A stretch of DNA of 64,000 nt from Gammaproteobacteria bacterium (GCA_030610155.1 JAUWSG010000001.1:24240-88239), one strand, 5' to 3'. Shown: positions 30,303-40,072, counted from the first letter of the stretch. Notes: generated from the sequence alone by a model not told the origin. Numbers and translations are program-made.

Positions 30303-31568
30303 ATGAAAAAGCAAAGTAACAGGCCCTCGGGCTTATTGAAAAAGGCGACAGGTGTTGCAGCAGGATTTATCCTGTTAGCCACCCTGTTGCCGGGGACTGC
30401 AGCGGCAACAACCGCAGCCAATGCAGTGATTACCAACACCGCGACCGTCAATTATGACGATACCGGCGGCAATCCTCAAACCGCATTGACCGCGTCAGTC
30501 GATGTGACGGTCAATCTGGTGACCGCTCACCCGACGCTGAGCGCGCCGGTTGATGCAACAACATCATCAGGCGTATTCCTGAATTATACGTACACTATCA
30601 TCAACAATTCCAATGGTCCGGATACGTATAATCTGACATCGGCCGCTGTACTTGGAGCAAACGTTACCAGTCAGACCGCTGTATTCCGTGATCCATCGGA
30701 TTCAATCGATATTACAGGGGTTACAATTGGTGCCACTTCTGTTGCGGTTGCCGCTCTTGCGGGTGCAACGGTCATTACAGTACCGAATGATGGTGTCTCT
30801 GATGCCTCTGTTAATGGTATCGCGGCCGGTGATGCTGTATTTATTGCTGGTACAGTAGATGTTGTTGCTTCTGTTGTTGATAATGCGACGGGTACTTCAA
30901 CGATTACATTGACGACGGGTCTCGCGGCCAATGCCTCTGTAGGTGATCAGATTGGAGGATTGACGACATTCATCCTTAAGACCACACCGATTGCTACTGT
31001 CAATGGCAGCACGTATGACATCACGATAACGGCTAATGATGGCGCCACCGCAGGTGCTGCTCCCATAGATGTAACCACCACTACGGTGCTGGTTATCAGT
31101 CTGACAGTCACCAAATATGTGGCGAATGTGACAGCGGCGGTTGTCGGTGGTACGCCATTTCCAGCGGTAGGGACACTGAATACCGGTCTGGGTGCAGGTG
31201 GCATCGTCTATTACGCCACCGGCGTTACCGGTAACCCGGGTGAGGTACTGGAATACGTCATTGTAATTTCCAATGGCGCAGGTGCAGCGACGGCATCGGA
31301 CATTGTCATCAGTGATCCGATACCAAACTTCACCTCCCTGACCAGCAATATCGCGCTGGACCCCGGCACAACTGTCTGGAGTGACGTGGCAATAACGCCC
31401 GACAATGGTGACTTCGCCGAATCAGATGGCACATCGGTGTTTATCTATGCCGGTGATGGCACTGCGGCTGGTGAAGGTGTTGACAACGTCGGTGCTCCCG
31501 GTACGGGTGGCAGGCTGGCTGCCGGTGCCACTACCATTGGCGCCTTCCAGGTAACCATTACCCCGTAA
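30303..31568 (+). CDS. Secreted Thr/Ala/Val/Gly-rich protein with two DUF11-like domains
   Basis: Start taken at MKKQSNRPSGLLKKATGVAAGFILLATLLPGTAAA (signal peptide); the ORF track begins at 30216. DUF11-like signatures FLNYTYTIINNSNGPDTYNLT and GEVLEYVIVISNGAGAATASDIVISDPIP. No Cys and almost no basic residues. Confidence 0.65.
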   Translation: MKKQSNRPSGLLKKATGVAAGFILLATLLPGTAAATTAANAVITNTATVNYDDTGGNPQTALTASVDVTVNLVTAHPTLSAPVDATTSSGVFLNYTYTIINNSNGPDTYNLTSAAVLGANVTSQTAVFRDPSDSIDITGVTIGATSVAVAALAGATVITVPNDGVSDASVNGIAAGDAVFIAGTVDVVASVVDNATGTSTITLTTGLAANASVGDQIGGLTTFILKTTPIATVNGSTYDITITANDGATAGAAPIDVTTTTVLVISLTVTKYVANVTAAVVGGTPFPAVGTLNTGLGAGGIVYYATGVTGNPGEVLEYVIVISNGAGAATASDIVISDPIPNFTSLTSNIALDPGTTVWSDVAITPDNGDFAESDGTSVFIYAGDGTAAGEGVDNVGAPGTGGRLAAGATTIGAFQVTITP

Positions 31569-31575
31569 GGTTGTC

Positions 31576-34500
31576 ATGCTGAACCTGCTGCACAACATTC
31601 AGCAAAGCCCCGGCAATGGACTTCGTTCCATTGCCGGCGCTACTGCGTGTCTGTGTGGTTTGTTCTTACAAAAACTGTTACAAGCGATGTCGATGAAAAT
31701 TCTTTCATCGACCATCGCCCCCAGTCATTTCCGACGTGAGATGACTGCGGCCGATGAAAACGCTTTTGGTTATTTATCACCTCTGGCAGGGGCCATGATG
31801 CTATCCGTCATGTTGATGCTGCCAGCAGCATCACATGCTGTCATCATTAACAACACTGTGACGGTCAATAATAATTTTGGCCCGCTTACAGCATCAACCG
31901 ATGTCGTCTCTATTTTCAATACACCATCGACGATTGAACTACTGCAATACACACCTGTATCGGTGACCGGTTCCAGCATAGTGTCTGTGCTGACAACATC
32001 CTACAGCACCACAGGATTACCAGCAGGCCCATTTGCAGCATCATCAAATCCCGTTGCCATTGATACCACTCCGATCACCGTACTGGGTAGCCTTGATTTT
32101 CTTCAGGCCACTTCCTACAAGTCAGGCGAACCCGTATTCATTCGTGTGACAGATGCGGACCAGAACAATAATCCACTGACAAGTGACACAGTTGTTGTCA
32201 CGGTCACAACGTCCAGCTCGGGTGACAGCGTCATATTACAATTGACCGAGACCGGGCCTAACACAGGTGTGTTTGTCGGCTATATCCAGTCATCGAATGC
32301 TGCCGTTGCAGTGAATGATGATGTAATTTCGGTTGGCACGAATGAAACACTGACCGTCAGTTATGTCGATGTATTTGACGGTACTGACACCAGTGCCGCC
32401 GGTATCCTGGTTGATCCCTTCGGTATACTGTTCAGTACCGCTGACGGCTCACCTGTAAATGGTGCAAGTGTGACCATGATTGATGTTGCAACGGGTCTGC
32501 CGGCAACCATTTTTGGTGACGATGGCGTGAGTATATTTCCGGCTACGGTGACATCCGGCGGTGTCGCAACAGACAGTGGTGGTAATACCTATAACTTCCC
32601 GCCAGGTAATTATCGTTTCCCGTTTGTCGTCCCTGGCAGTTATCGTCTGGATGTCATACCACCGGCTGGATTTAATGGTCCTTCAACGATACCAACGGCC
32701 ACCATTCAAGCATTACCGGGCGCACCTTTTTCAATTGTCACAGGATCACGAAGTGAAAATTTTATTGTGAACCCCGGCCCGGCATTACACATTGACTACC
32801 CGCTGGATGCTTCTCCCTCCGGTTTGTTTATTACCAAACAGGCCATGAAGAACCGCGTTGCCATTGGTGAATTCCTGCAATACAAGCTTGATGTAAGTAA
32901 CGCCGGTGCAATTGCACTGAACGGCACAAGTATTGTCGATGTTCTGCCTGTCGGTTTCCGCTACGAGCCGGGTTCAACGCGCATTGACGCTGTGACCGCA
33001 CCGGATCCGCTGGTGTCGCCTGATGGACGGACACTAACATTTACCATTGGCGCACTGACGGCCAGCAGTGCCATTGATTTACGCTATGTGGCTGCCATCA
33101 CTCCGGGGGCAAAAGAAGGTAATGCCGTCAATATGGCCAGCGGAACAGCCAATGGCGGGGTGACATCAAACATGGCCAGTGCGTCCGTACTGGTCGTTGA
33201 CGATATGATGGACTCGCGCAGCCATTTGCTGGGAAGAGTCATCGCCGGTGGCTGTGATGCCGCTTTTGGAGAAAGCGGAGCCGTCAGCCTGCAACTGCAA
33301 AGCCAGATTGCTAAAGACAGCATTGACTATACCGCAACGCTGAATGTTGAAGTGGTCACGGTGAACAATCTCTTCGTTGTGGTGAACTTACCCGGTGCAC
33401 TTGAATACGTTAATGGCAGTGCAAAACAGAACGGCGCCCGAATTGATGATCCGGTCGTGAGTGGTAGTCAACTACGATTCGCGCTTGGTGAAGCACAGCA
33501 GGGTTCTTCATCAAGAATGACATTCAGCACCCGCACCAGAGCCAACGCCTTCGGCGAGTTTTCCATTCGTGCTTATGGCGAGTTTGATGACCCGGCCGCA
33601 GTAAAAATGCAGCAACCAGGCAAACTAAGAACCCCGGTTGCAATAAACAAAATAAAAGATTTCTCACGCATATTCCGCCTGCGATTTGGCTCGCTGTCAG
33701 CCACTCTCAAACCAGACGACCTGCAAGACATTAATGAATTCGTAACAAGCCTGGAAGACCTGTCCATTCGCCGCATCCTTATTGTTGGCCATACGGACAA
33801 ACAACCTATCAGGGCAAGAAGCCGTTCAATCTTCGCAAGTAATGAAGCCCTCTCCCTGGCGCGCGCAGGCTCGGTCAGAAAACATTTACAAAAAACACTA
33901 CGGGATAAAAACATTAAAATTGACATACTGGGCATGGGGGCCAATAAACAACTGCAATATTCTGACAGAATACTGCCTGAACAGTCATCTGCTGGAAATC
34001 AACTGTTGCTCAATCGCCGGGTTGAAGTCCAGGTGGAGCTCGACCATCAATTCTCAAAGTCACGCTTTATCGTCTCGCGGCATGACAGCGGCGCCCACTC
34101 TGTCAAAACAACCGGACCCAGAGGCAAATTATCCGAGCCTGGTCTGGCAGGTGATATACCCGGCGTGCAAAACATACGTCTTTATCTGGAAGATGGCCGC
34201 TTTGTCGATACCGACGAAAACGGCATGTATCACTTTGAAGGCCTGCGGCCTGGCACCCATGTGGTCCAGCTCGACCTCACCAGCGTTCCTGAGGGTATGG
34301 AAGTATTTTCTTGTGAAAAGAACACCCGGTTTGCCGGCACACCGCATTCACAATTTGTTGATATGCAGGGTGGCACACTATGGCGGGCCGACTTTTACTT
34401 ACGTTATAAACCAACTGCAGCAAACACGGGAAATGTGGGTATTCAGCTAACCAGTGATCTGATTCAGATGACCGGCGACATGAAAAATAGCAATGTGCAA

Positions 34501-37500
34501 TACAGGGCAAAATTAACAGGAAAAGGTGTCACGATGCTGAATCGCCGCCTTGTTGTTGATCTCCCTGATGGTGCTCAATATGTTCCCCTGAGCGCCCTGT
34601 TTAATAACAAACCAGCCAGCGTTGAAATCAACGGTAACAACCAACTGATAATCAAACTAGGTGACAGTGACACACAAACATGGAAAAACGATCTGACATT
34701 CAATGTTGATCAAGTGAAACTGTCAGAAGGTGAGTTCAATGCGATTGCGGTGCTGTTGTTCGAAACGGCAAACGGAAGATCACATCAATCACCGATAGTT
34801 GAAAACATACTGGTGAGCAAAACAGAAAGCCTGCGTAAACTGATTTTCCTGGGACACTACCAGGGCCAAAAGACCAGACTTCCGCAGCAGGAAATAAAAC
34901 GACTTGAAGGTGCAATTGATTACATGCGCGGTAAAAAGATCCGGCTGATAGAAGTCATTGCACGTACCATTATGAATCCGAATGACGCGCAAAATAAAAA
35001 AATCAGGCCCGAAAACAAAGCCCTTGCAGAGGCGCGTGCGAACAAGCTTGGCACATACATAGCCCGTTCACTAGGGCTGCATAATAAGCAGGTGAAACGT
35101 ACTGGTGTGGTGTCTGAACAAACCAATGAAAAAAATACCACACTTAAAGACCCTTCAGTCCAGTTTGTCGAAATACTTGTGACCTTATCCGAAAAACAAG
35201 CGCAACAAAGAATACATATAGGCCAATCCGATAGCGGCCTGTTAACCAGCGCCGTCGTTGGCGCAACACCAACGGTGAAAAACAACAAGGCCAAACCAAT
35301 CACTGTTTACAACAACCAGGATGGCATACAGGACATCATCGAGCAACAACGCATCGGACACCGAATCATGCCTGTTAGAGCATTACTTGATTCCAGATTA
35401 AAACCTGTTCTGAAGATCGATGGCAAGACCGTTAACGAAGACCGTATCGCAATGAAAATTCCGGACAAGGAAACCGGCAAAACATTTTATAGTTATATCG
35501 GTGTAGATCTTGGCAAGGCAGGCAAGCATGTCCTGAGCTTCACAGGCATAGGGCCCTTTGGTAACGCCCGATTTAAACAAAACATCAACATTGTCCGCAC
35601 GGGTGAAGTACATGACATTCGTGTTATCGAAACAAGTGGCAATATTGCAGATGGTAAATCGCCTGTCAGAGTAGAACTACAGTTACTGGATAAGGTCGGC
35701 GAAACTATTCACACGCAAACCAATCTAAAGATTGAATCCGGCGACCTGCGACCATATGACGATAAAGACTTACTGCCCGAGTTGCGCCGGGACACTGATA
35801 TTATCAGTGTTGATGCGGATGGCTATGTCCAGTTTGCACCTGTCACAAGCAGCGGAATCTACAATATCACACTAAGCTATAATGAGCGTTCGGTCGATAT
35901 ACCGATATATATCAAACCGCATTACCGTGAATGGATCATGGTGGGTCTGGCAGAAGGCACGCTGGGACATAAAAATCTGTCTGGCAATATGCAAAACCTT
36001 GAAGCTGCCGACATCGATGATAATTATTTCCAGGACGGCCGACTTGCCTTTTTCGCAAAAGGCAAGATAAAAGGCGAGTACCTGCTAACGATTTCATTCG
36101 ACAGCGAAAGAGAAACACCGGAACAGGGTAATGGGCTATTCGGCACTATCGACCCGAACAAGTATTATACATTATACGGTGATGCCACGACTGTACGCTA
36201 TGATGCGCCGAGTACAGAAAAATTATTCCTCAGAATTGAAAGCGATAATTTTTATGCGATGTTCGGTGATTACAACACCGACCTTAGCGTCACCGAACTG
36301 GGTCGTTACAACCGAAGCCTGACAGGCCTCAAGACAGAATATCAGGATGGAAAAGTCAGTGTCACAGCATTTGCGACACAAACCGAACAAGCCTTTATCA
36401 AGGATGAACTGCGTGGTGACGGCACATCAGGCCTGTATCGTTTGTCACGTCAGAACATCGTGCTCAACAGTGAAAAAATTACCATAGAAATACGTGATCG
36501 CTTCCAGAGTCAGAACGTACTGGAATCACAACAGCTCAGAAGGTATATCGATTATACGTTTGATCCAGTTGACGGCACTGTTTATTTCAGAGAACCCATC
36601 TATAGCCGCGATGAAAACTTCAACCCGATCTATATCGTGATAGATTACGAATCTAACTCCGGTGGCGATGAATCGCTGACAGCTGGTGGCCGTGTCGCTT
36701 TCAGGCCTTCTGATTCAGGCACTGAGCTGGGTGCCACAATAATCCATGAAGGCACACCGGGTGCTGAAGCAGATTTACTGGCTGCTGACGCCACCTACAA
36801 TCTCAACAGCAATACAAACCTTAAAGCAGAAATCGCAACTACAAGACGGGAAACATCCAGCGGCGATGTTAAAGGCTCAGCTTTTATAGCCGAAGTGCTA
36901 ACCCGCACCAACAAGCTTGATAGCACGGTCTATATACGACGACAGGATGGCGAGTTTGGTCTTGGGCAACAAAAAGGTAGTGAAACCGGTACACAAAAAT
37001 TCGGCGCAGGTGGCAGTTACCAGCTCCGTAAAAACACAAGCATCAATGCTGAAGTGTTCCGTCAGGAAAACCTGGGAACAGATGCCACACGCGACGTGGT
37101 AGAAGGCAGCGTTGAATTCAGACGCAATAAGTACGACTTCTCAACCGGCCTGCGTTTTGCGAAGGACGAAGATAGTGCCGGTGGTACAAATGAGTCAAGC
37201 TTGTTGACTGGTTCCGCAAGGCGTGCATTCATGAATGACAGACTGAATCTGAACGCAAGTGCTGAAGTGTCCATTGATAATGCTGCAAACCCGGACTACC
37301 CAAATCGCTTGATAGCCGGTGCCGAGTATCAACTCAGGGCAAACACCCAATTGTTTGTCTCACAGGAATTCACCTTTGGTGAAAACCAGGACAGCAATAC
37401 AACAAGGATAGGCCTGAAAGCAACTCCGTGGCGTAATGCCACCTTGTCCACCAGCATAGAAGGGCAGCATGGTGAATATGGTCCGCGTGTATTTTCCAAT

Positions 37501-38379
37501 ATAGGCCTGACCCAGGGTGTGCAGATCAACCAGTTCCTGAGCCTTGATTTCGGTATCGAAAATGTCAACACCCTGCGTCATCCGGGTGATGTACCATTCA
37601 ATGTGAATGTACCGCCTGCTTCGGGTACAGTGGCGAATGACTTTACTGCCGTCACTATCGGCGCAAACTACACGAAACGAAGCTGGTCCTTTACATCCCG
37701 TGGAGAATGGCGTGACGGCGACCAGGAAAACAAACGCGGATTACTTATAGGTTTTTACCGTAATCATGCACCGGGACTTGGTTTTTCCTCAAGCTTGCGA
37801 CATTTTGATACTGAGCGAAGCAATGGCACGGAAAACATAACAACAAACCTGAATTTTTCATTGGCATACAGGCCTCTGGCCAGCCAATGGATTATCCTGG
37901 ATCGCATCCAATATGCCAATGAATCCGAGCGCATGGCTAACGGTACGACCAGAACCAGAAAACTGATCAATAATCTGAATGCCAATTATTTATACGACCG
38001 CAATAACCAGGTCTCATTAATGCACGGCATCAAGTATGTCATTGATAATTTTGATGGCATTGAATATAGCGGCATGACCAATCTTTTTGGGATCGAGTAT
38101 CGACATAACCTGGGTCATCGCTGGGATATAGGTACACAGGCCAGCATACGAATGTCTGATGTCGGTGATAGTCATCGTTATTCATATGGTGTTTCTGTTG
38201 GCCACACCCTTGCCAAAAATCTCTGGCTTAGCATTGGCTACAATGTTGAAGGTTTCTCCGATGATGATTTCTCCCTGGCCAACTACACGGCATCTGGCGT
38301 GTTCGCAAAAATCCGCTTCAGCTTTGACCATTTAACCGCACGACAAACCATGGCCTGGTGGGAAAAACGTAAGCAATAG
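31576..38379 (+). CDS. Giant (2267 aa) multidomain outer-membrane protein: DUF11 domain, CarboxypepD_reg-like folds, two OmpA-like domains and a C-terminal beta-barrel-like region
   Basis: DUF11 signature GEFLQYKLDVSNAGAIALNGTSIVDVLPVGF. OmpA C-like motifs (LIVGHTD...LSLARAGSV...NRRVEVQVE) and a second degenerate copy. MYHFEGLRPGTHVV resembles a carboxypeptidase-regulatory fold. The last ~900 aa show alternating hydrophobic/aromatic beta-strand patterning (LWLSIGYNVEGF, KIRFSF). The start codon is uncertain. Confidence 0.75.
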   Translation: MLNLLHNIQQSPGNGLRSIAGATACLCGLFLQKLLQAMSMKILSSTIAPSHFRREMTAADENAFGYLSPLAGAMMLSVMLMLPAASHAVIINNTVTVNNNFGPLTASTDVVSIFNTPSTIELLQYTPVSVTGSSIVSVLTTSYSTTGLPAGPFAASSNPVAIDTTPITVLGSLDFLQATSYKSGEPVFIRVTDADQNNNPLTSDTVVVTVTTSSSGDSVILQLTETGPNTGVFVGYIQSSNAAVAVNDDVISVGTNETLTVSYVDVFDGTDTSAAGILVDPFGILFSTADGSPVNGASVTMIDVATGLPATIFGDDGVSIFPATVTSGGVATDSGGNTYNFPPGNYRFPFVVPGSYRLDVIPPAGFNGPSTIPTATIQALPGAPFSIVTGSRSENFIVNPGPALHIDYPLDASPSGLFITKQAMKNRVAIGEFLQYKLDVSNAGAIALNGTSIVDVLPVGFRYEPGSTRIDAVTAPDPLVSPDGRTLTFTIGALTASSAIDLRYVAAITPGAKEGNAVNMASGTANGGVTSNMASASVLVVDDMMDSRSHLLGRVIAGGCDAAFGESGAVSLQLQSQIAKDSIDYTATLNVEVVTVNNLFVVVNLPGALEYVNGSAKQNGARIDDPVVSGSQLRFALGEAQQGSSSRMTFSTRTRANAFGEFSIRAYGEFDDPAAVKMQQPGKLRTPVAINKIKDFSRIFRLRFGSLSATLKPDDLQDINEFVTSLEDLSIRRILIVGHTDKQPIRARSRSIFASNEALSLARAGSVRKHLQKTLRDKNIKIDILGMGANKQLQYSDRILPEQSSAGNQLLLNRRVEVQVELDHQFSKSRFIVSRHDSGAHSVKTTGPRGKLSEPGLAGDIPGVQNIRLYLEDGRFVDTDENGMYHFEGLRPGTHVVQLDLTSVPEGMEVFSCEKNTRFAGTPHSQFVDMQGGTLWRADFYLRYKPTAANTGNVGIQLTSDLIQMTGDMKNSNVQYRAKLTGKGVTMLNRRLVVDLPDGAQYVPLSALFNNKPASVEINGNNQLIIKLGDSDTQTWKNDLTFNVDQVKLSEGEFNAIAVLLFETANGRSHQSPIVENILVSKTESLRKLIFLGHYQGQKTRLPQQEIKRLEGAIDYMRGKKIRLIEVIARTIMNPNDAQNKKIRPENKALAEARANKLGTYIARSLGLHNKQVKRTGVVSEQTNEKNTTLKDPSVQFVEILVTLSEKQAQQRIHIGQSDSGLLTSAVVGATPTVKNNKAKPITVYNNQDGIQDIIEQQRIGHRIMPVRALLDSRLKPVLKIDGKTVNEDRIAMKIPDKETGKTFYSYIGVDLGKAGKHVLSFTGIGPFGNARFKQNINIVRTGEVHDIRVIETSGNIADGKSPVRVELQLLDKVGETIHTQTNLKIESGDLRPYDDKDLLPELRRDTDIISVDADGYVQFAPVTSSGIYNITLSYNERSVDIPIYIKPHYREWIMVGLAEGTLGHKNLSGNMQNLEAADIDDNYFQDGRLAFFAKGKIKGEYLLTISFDSERETPEQGNGLFGTIDPNKYYTLYGDATTVRYDAPSTEKLFLRIESDNFYAMFGDYNTDLSVTELGRYNRSLTGLKTEYQDGKVSVTAFATQTEQAFIKDELRGDGTSGLYRLSRQNIVLNSEKITIEIRDRFQSQNVLESQQLRRYIDYTFDPVDGTVYFREPIYSRDENFNPIYIVIDYESNSGGDESLTAGGRVAFRPSDSGTELGATIIHEGTPGAEADLLAADATYNLNSNTNLKAEIATTRRETSSGDVKGSAFIAEVLTRTNKLDSTVYIRRQDGEFGLGQQKGSETGTQKFGAGGSYQLRKNTSINAEVFRQENLGTDATRDVVEGSVEFRRNKYDFSTGLRFAKDEDSAGGTNESSLLTGSARRAFMNDRLNLNASAEVSIDNAANPDYPNRLIAGAEYQLRANTQLFVSQEFTFGENQDSNTTRIGLKATPWRNATLSTSIEGQHGEYGPRVFSNIGLTQGVQINQFLSLDFGIENVNTLRHPGDVPFNVNVPPASGTVANDFTAVTIGANYTKRSWSFTSRGEWRDGDQENKRGLLIGFYRNHAPGLGFSSSLRHFDTERSNGTENITTNLNFSLAYRPLASQWIILDRIQYANESERMANGTTRTRKLINNLNANYLYDRNNQVSLMHGIKYVIDNFDGIEYSGMTNLFGIEYRHNLGHRWDIGTQASIRMSDVGDSHRYSYGVSVGHTLAKNLWLSIGYNVEGFSDDDFSLANYTASGVFAKIRFSFDHLTARQTMAWWEKRKQ

Positions 38380-38480
38380 ACTATCAAAGGCATATAGTAG
38401 TCATCTACATTTCTACAAAACCGATCCCTGGCGGATAAACTTAACAGAACAATGACTTGAAGTATCAAACTGGTCATATT

Positions 38481-38509
38481 TTGGTTCTGATGGCGTTGGC
38501 AGGTATAAT
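38481..38509 (+). promoter_or_regulatory. Candidate sigma70 promoter for coaBC
   Basis: TTGGTT, a 17-bp spacer, then a perfect TATAAT, about 95 nt upstream of the coaBC ATG. Confidence 0.3.
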
Positions 38510-38603
38510 GGCCAACAATGAAACTGTGGGTTTTAGCTGTTGTCAAAACGGTTCTCTAACCTGCAAAATAGAACACTCATATAGATAGGACATTCTTCAG
38601 TTA

Positions 38604-39827
38604 ATGAGTAATTTGACCAATAAACGAATCGTGCTGGGTGTGTGCGGCAGTATTGCGGCCTATAAAAGTGCAGACCTGGTTCGGCGCCTCAAAGAAATGG
38701 GTGCAGAAGTACGTGTTGTCATGACACAATCTGCGGGTGAATTTATTACCGCATTAACCTTGCAAACCCTCAGTCACAACCCGGTACATCAATATTTACT
38801 CGATTGTGATTCTGAATCCAATATGAGCCACATTGAATTGGCACGTTGGGCTGATATTGTATTAATCGCCCCCTGCAGCGCCAACTTCATGAGTAAACTG
38901 GCCCAGGGTATGGCGGACGATTTGTTATCGACCGTTTGTCTGGCGACACGGGCGCCCATCGTTTACGTGCCTGCAATGAACAACGTCATGTGGGAAAACA
39001 AAGCCACCCGGGAAAATGTAATAACACTACAAAAACGCGGCTTTGTTCGCTTTGGTCCCGCCAGCGGTGACCAGGCCTGCGGCGAGACCGGCCTTGGCCG
39101 TATGCTGGAACCTGTTCAGATAAGCAATCAACTCATTGAACTATTCCAACCTGGTTTACTGCAAGATAAAAACATCATGATCACCGCCGGTCCAACCCAG
39201 GAAGACATCGACCCGGTTCGGTTTATCAGCAATCGCAGCTCTGGCAAGATGGGCTTTGCTATTGCACAAGCCGCCAGGGAAGCTGGCGCGAACGTCACGC
39301 TTGTCTGTGGACCGGTCAAGCTGACAACACCGCAAGGTGTAAATCGCCTGGATGTAAGAACCGCGGATGAAATGAAATCTGTGGTCATGGAAAATATAAA
39401 CACCACCGATATTTTTATTTCTGCAGCCGCAGTGGCTGATTATCGACCTGAAACCGTTGCAACAAAAAAAATCAAAAAGGCAGCATCCAAACTGGATTTA
39501 AAACTGATACGTAACCCTGATATTCTGTCCCTTGTGACCAACGAACCAGTCCCACCCTTTACTGTTGGCTTCGCAGCAGAAACAGACAATGTACGGGAAA
39601 ATGCGCTGGCCAAGTTAAATTCCAAATCACTGGATATGATAGCCGCCAACGAAGTAGGTAAAGAGCAGGGTGGTTTTGACAGCAATGAAAATGCACTCAG
39701 CATATACTGGCAGAATGGCGAACAACAACTCCCCATGGCCAACAAAAATACGATCGCGCGCCAATTAATGACCATCATCACCGAAAAATTTCGGGAAAAG
39801 TCTTCAGCGAATAACGCGCTGATCTAG
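38604..39827 (+). CDS. coaBC: Bifunctional phosphopantothenoylcysteine decarboxylase/synthetase
   Basis: Flavoprotein N-domain ([14 protein letters not shown]) and a DFP C-domain ([25 protein letters not shown]). Confidence 0.9.
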   Translation: MSNLTNKRIVLGVCGSIAAYKSADLVRRLKEMGAEVRVVMTQSAGEFITALTLQTLSHNPVHQYLLDCDSESNMSHIELARWADIVLIAPCSANFMSKLAQGMADDLLSTVCLATRAPIVYVPAMNNVMWENKATRENVITLQKRGFVRFGPASGDQACGETGLGRMLEPVQISNQLIELFQPGLLQDKNIMITAGPTQEDIDPVRFISNRSSGKMGFAIAQAAREAGANVTLVCGPVKLTTPQGVNRLDVRTADEMKSVVMENINTTDIFISAAAVADYRPETVATKKIKKAASKLDLKLIRNPDILSLVTNEPVPPFTVGFAAETDNVRENALAKLNSKSLDMIAANEVGKEQGGFDSNENALSIYWQNGEQQLPMANKNTIARQLMTIITEKFREKSSANNALI

Positions 39828-39860
39828 TTCAAAACAACATCAAGACCGGAAGACAAAACC

Positions 39861-40050
39861 TTTTACCACGGGGCGCACGGGGAAAAGATTTTTTAATAAA
39901 AACAGTGTTTACCACGGAGGTCACGGAGAAAAGGCATGATTGTTTCCCTCTCCCTTTGGGAGAAGGAACTTAAAACAAAAAAGGTTTTCTCCGTGACCTC
40001 CGTGGTAAAAAGCCTTCTTAATGTCTTTTCCCCGTGCGCCCCGTGTTAAA
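39861..40050. repeat. Nested palindromic repeat element (four ~25-bp units, arranged as two direct then two inverted) between convergent coaBC and the SDR gene
   Basis: tttaccacggggcgcacggggaaaag (39861) and tttaccacggaggtcacggagaaaag (39908). Their reverse complements are ttttctccgtgacctccgtggtaaa (39986) and cttttccccgtgcgccccgtg (40025). Confidence 0.55.
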
Positions 40051-40072
40051 CCTGGTCTTGATCTTCCGTATT

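Noticed and set aside
33782-34450. 222-aa ORF on the + strand in an alternative frame inside the giant gene
   Set aside because: It lies entirely within the coding frame of the 2267-aa protein, which has coherent domain content. This is a frame artefact.
38283-38546. 87-aa ORF on the - strand overlapping the 3-prime end of the giant gene and the coaBC promoter
   Set aside because: It has no RBS and overlaps a well-supported CDS, so it is likely spurious.
28827-38603. Island considered as a prophage or integrative element
   Set aside because: It contains no integrase, transposase, tRNA or phage structural gene, and the flanking repeats are not convincing. It is better described as a non-mobile accessory insertion.
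39861-40050. Palindromic element considered as a tRNA or ncRNA gene
   Set aside because: The structure is two long perfect hairpins, not a cloverleaf, and has no promoter. A repeat element or terminator is more parsimonious.
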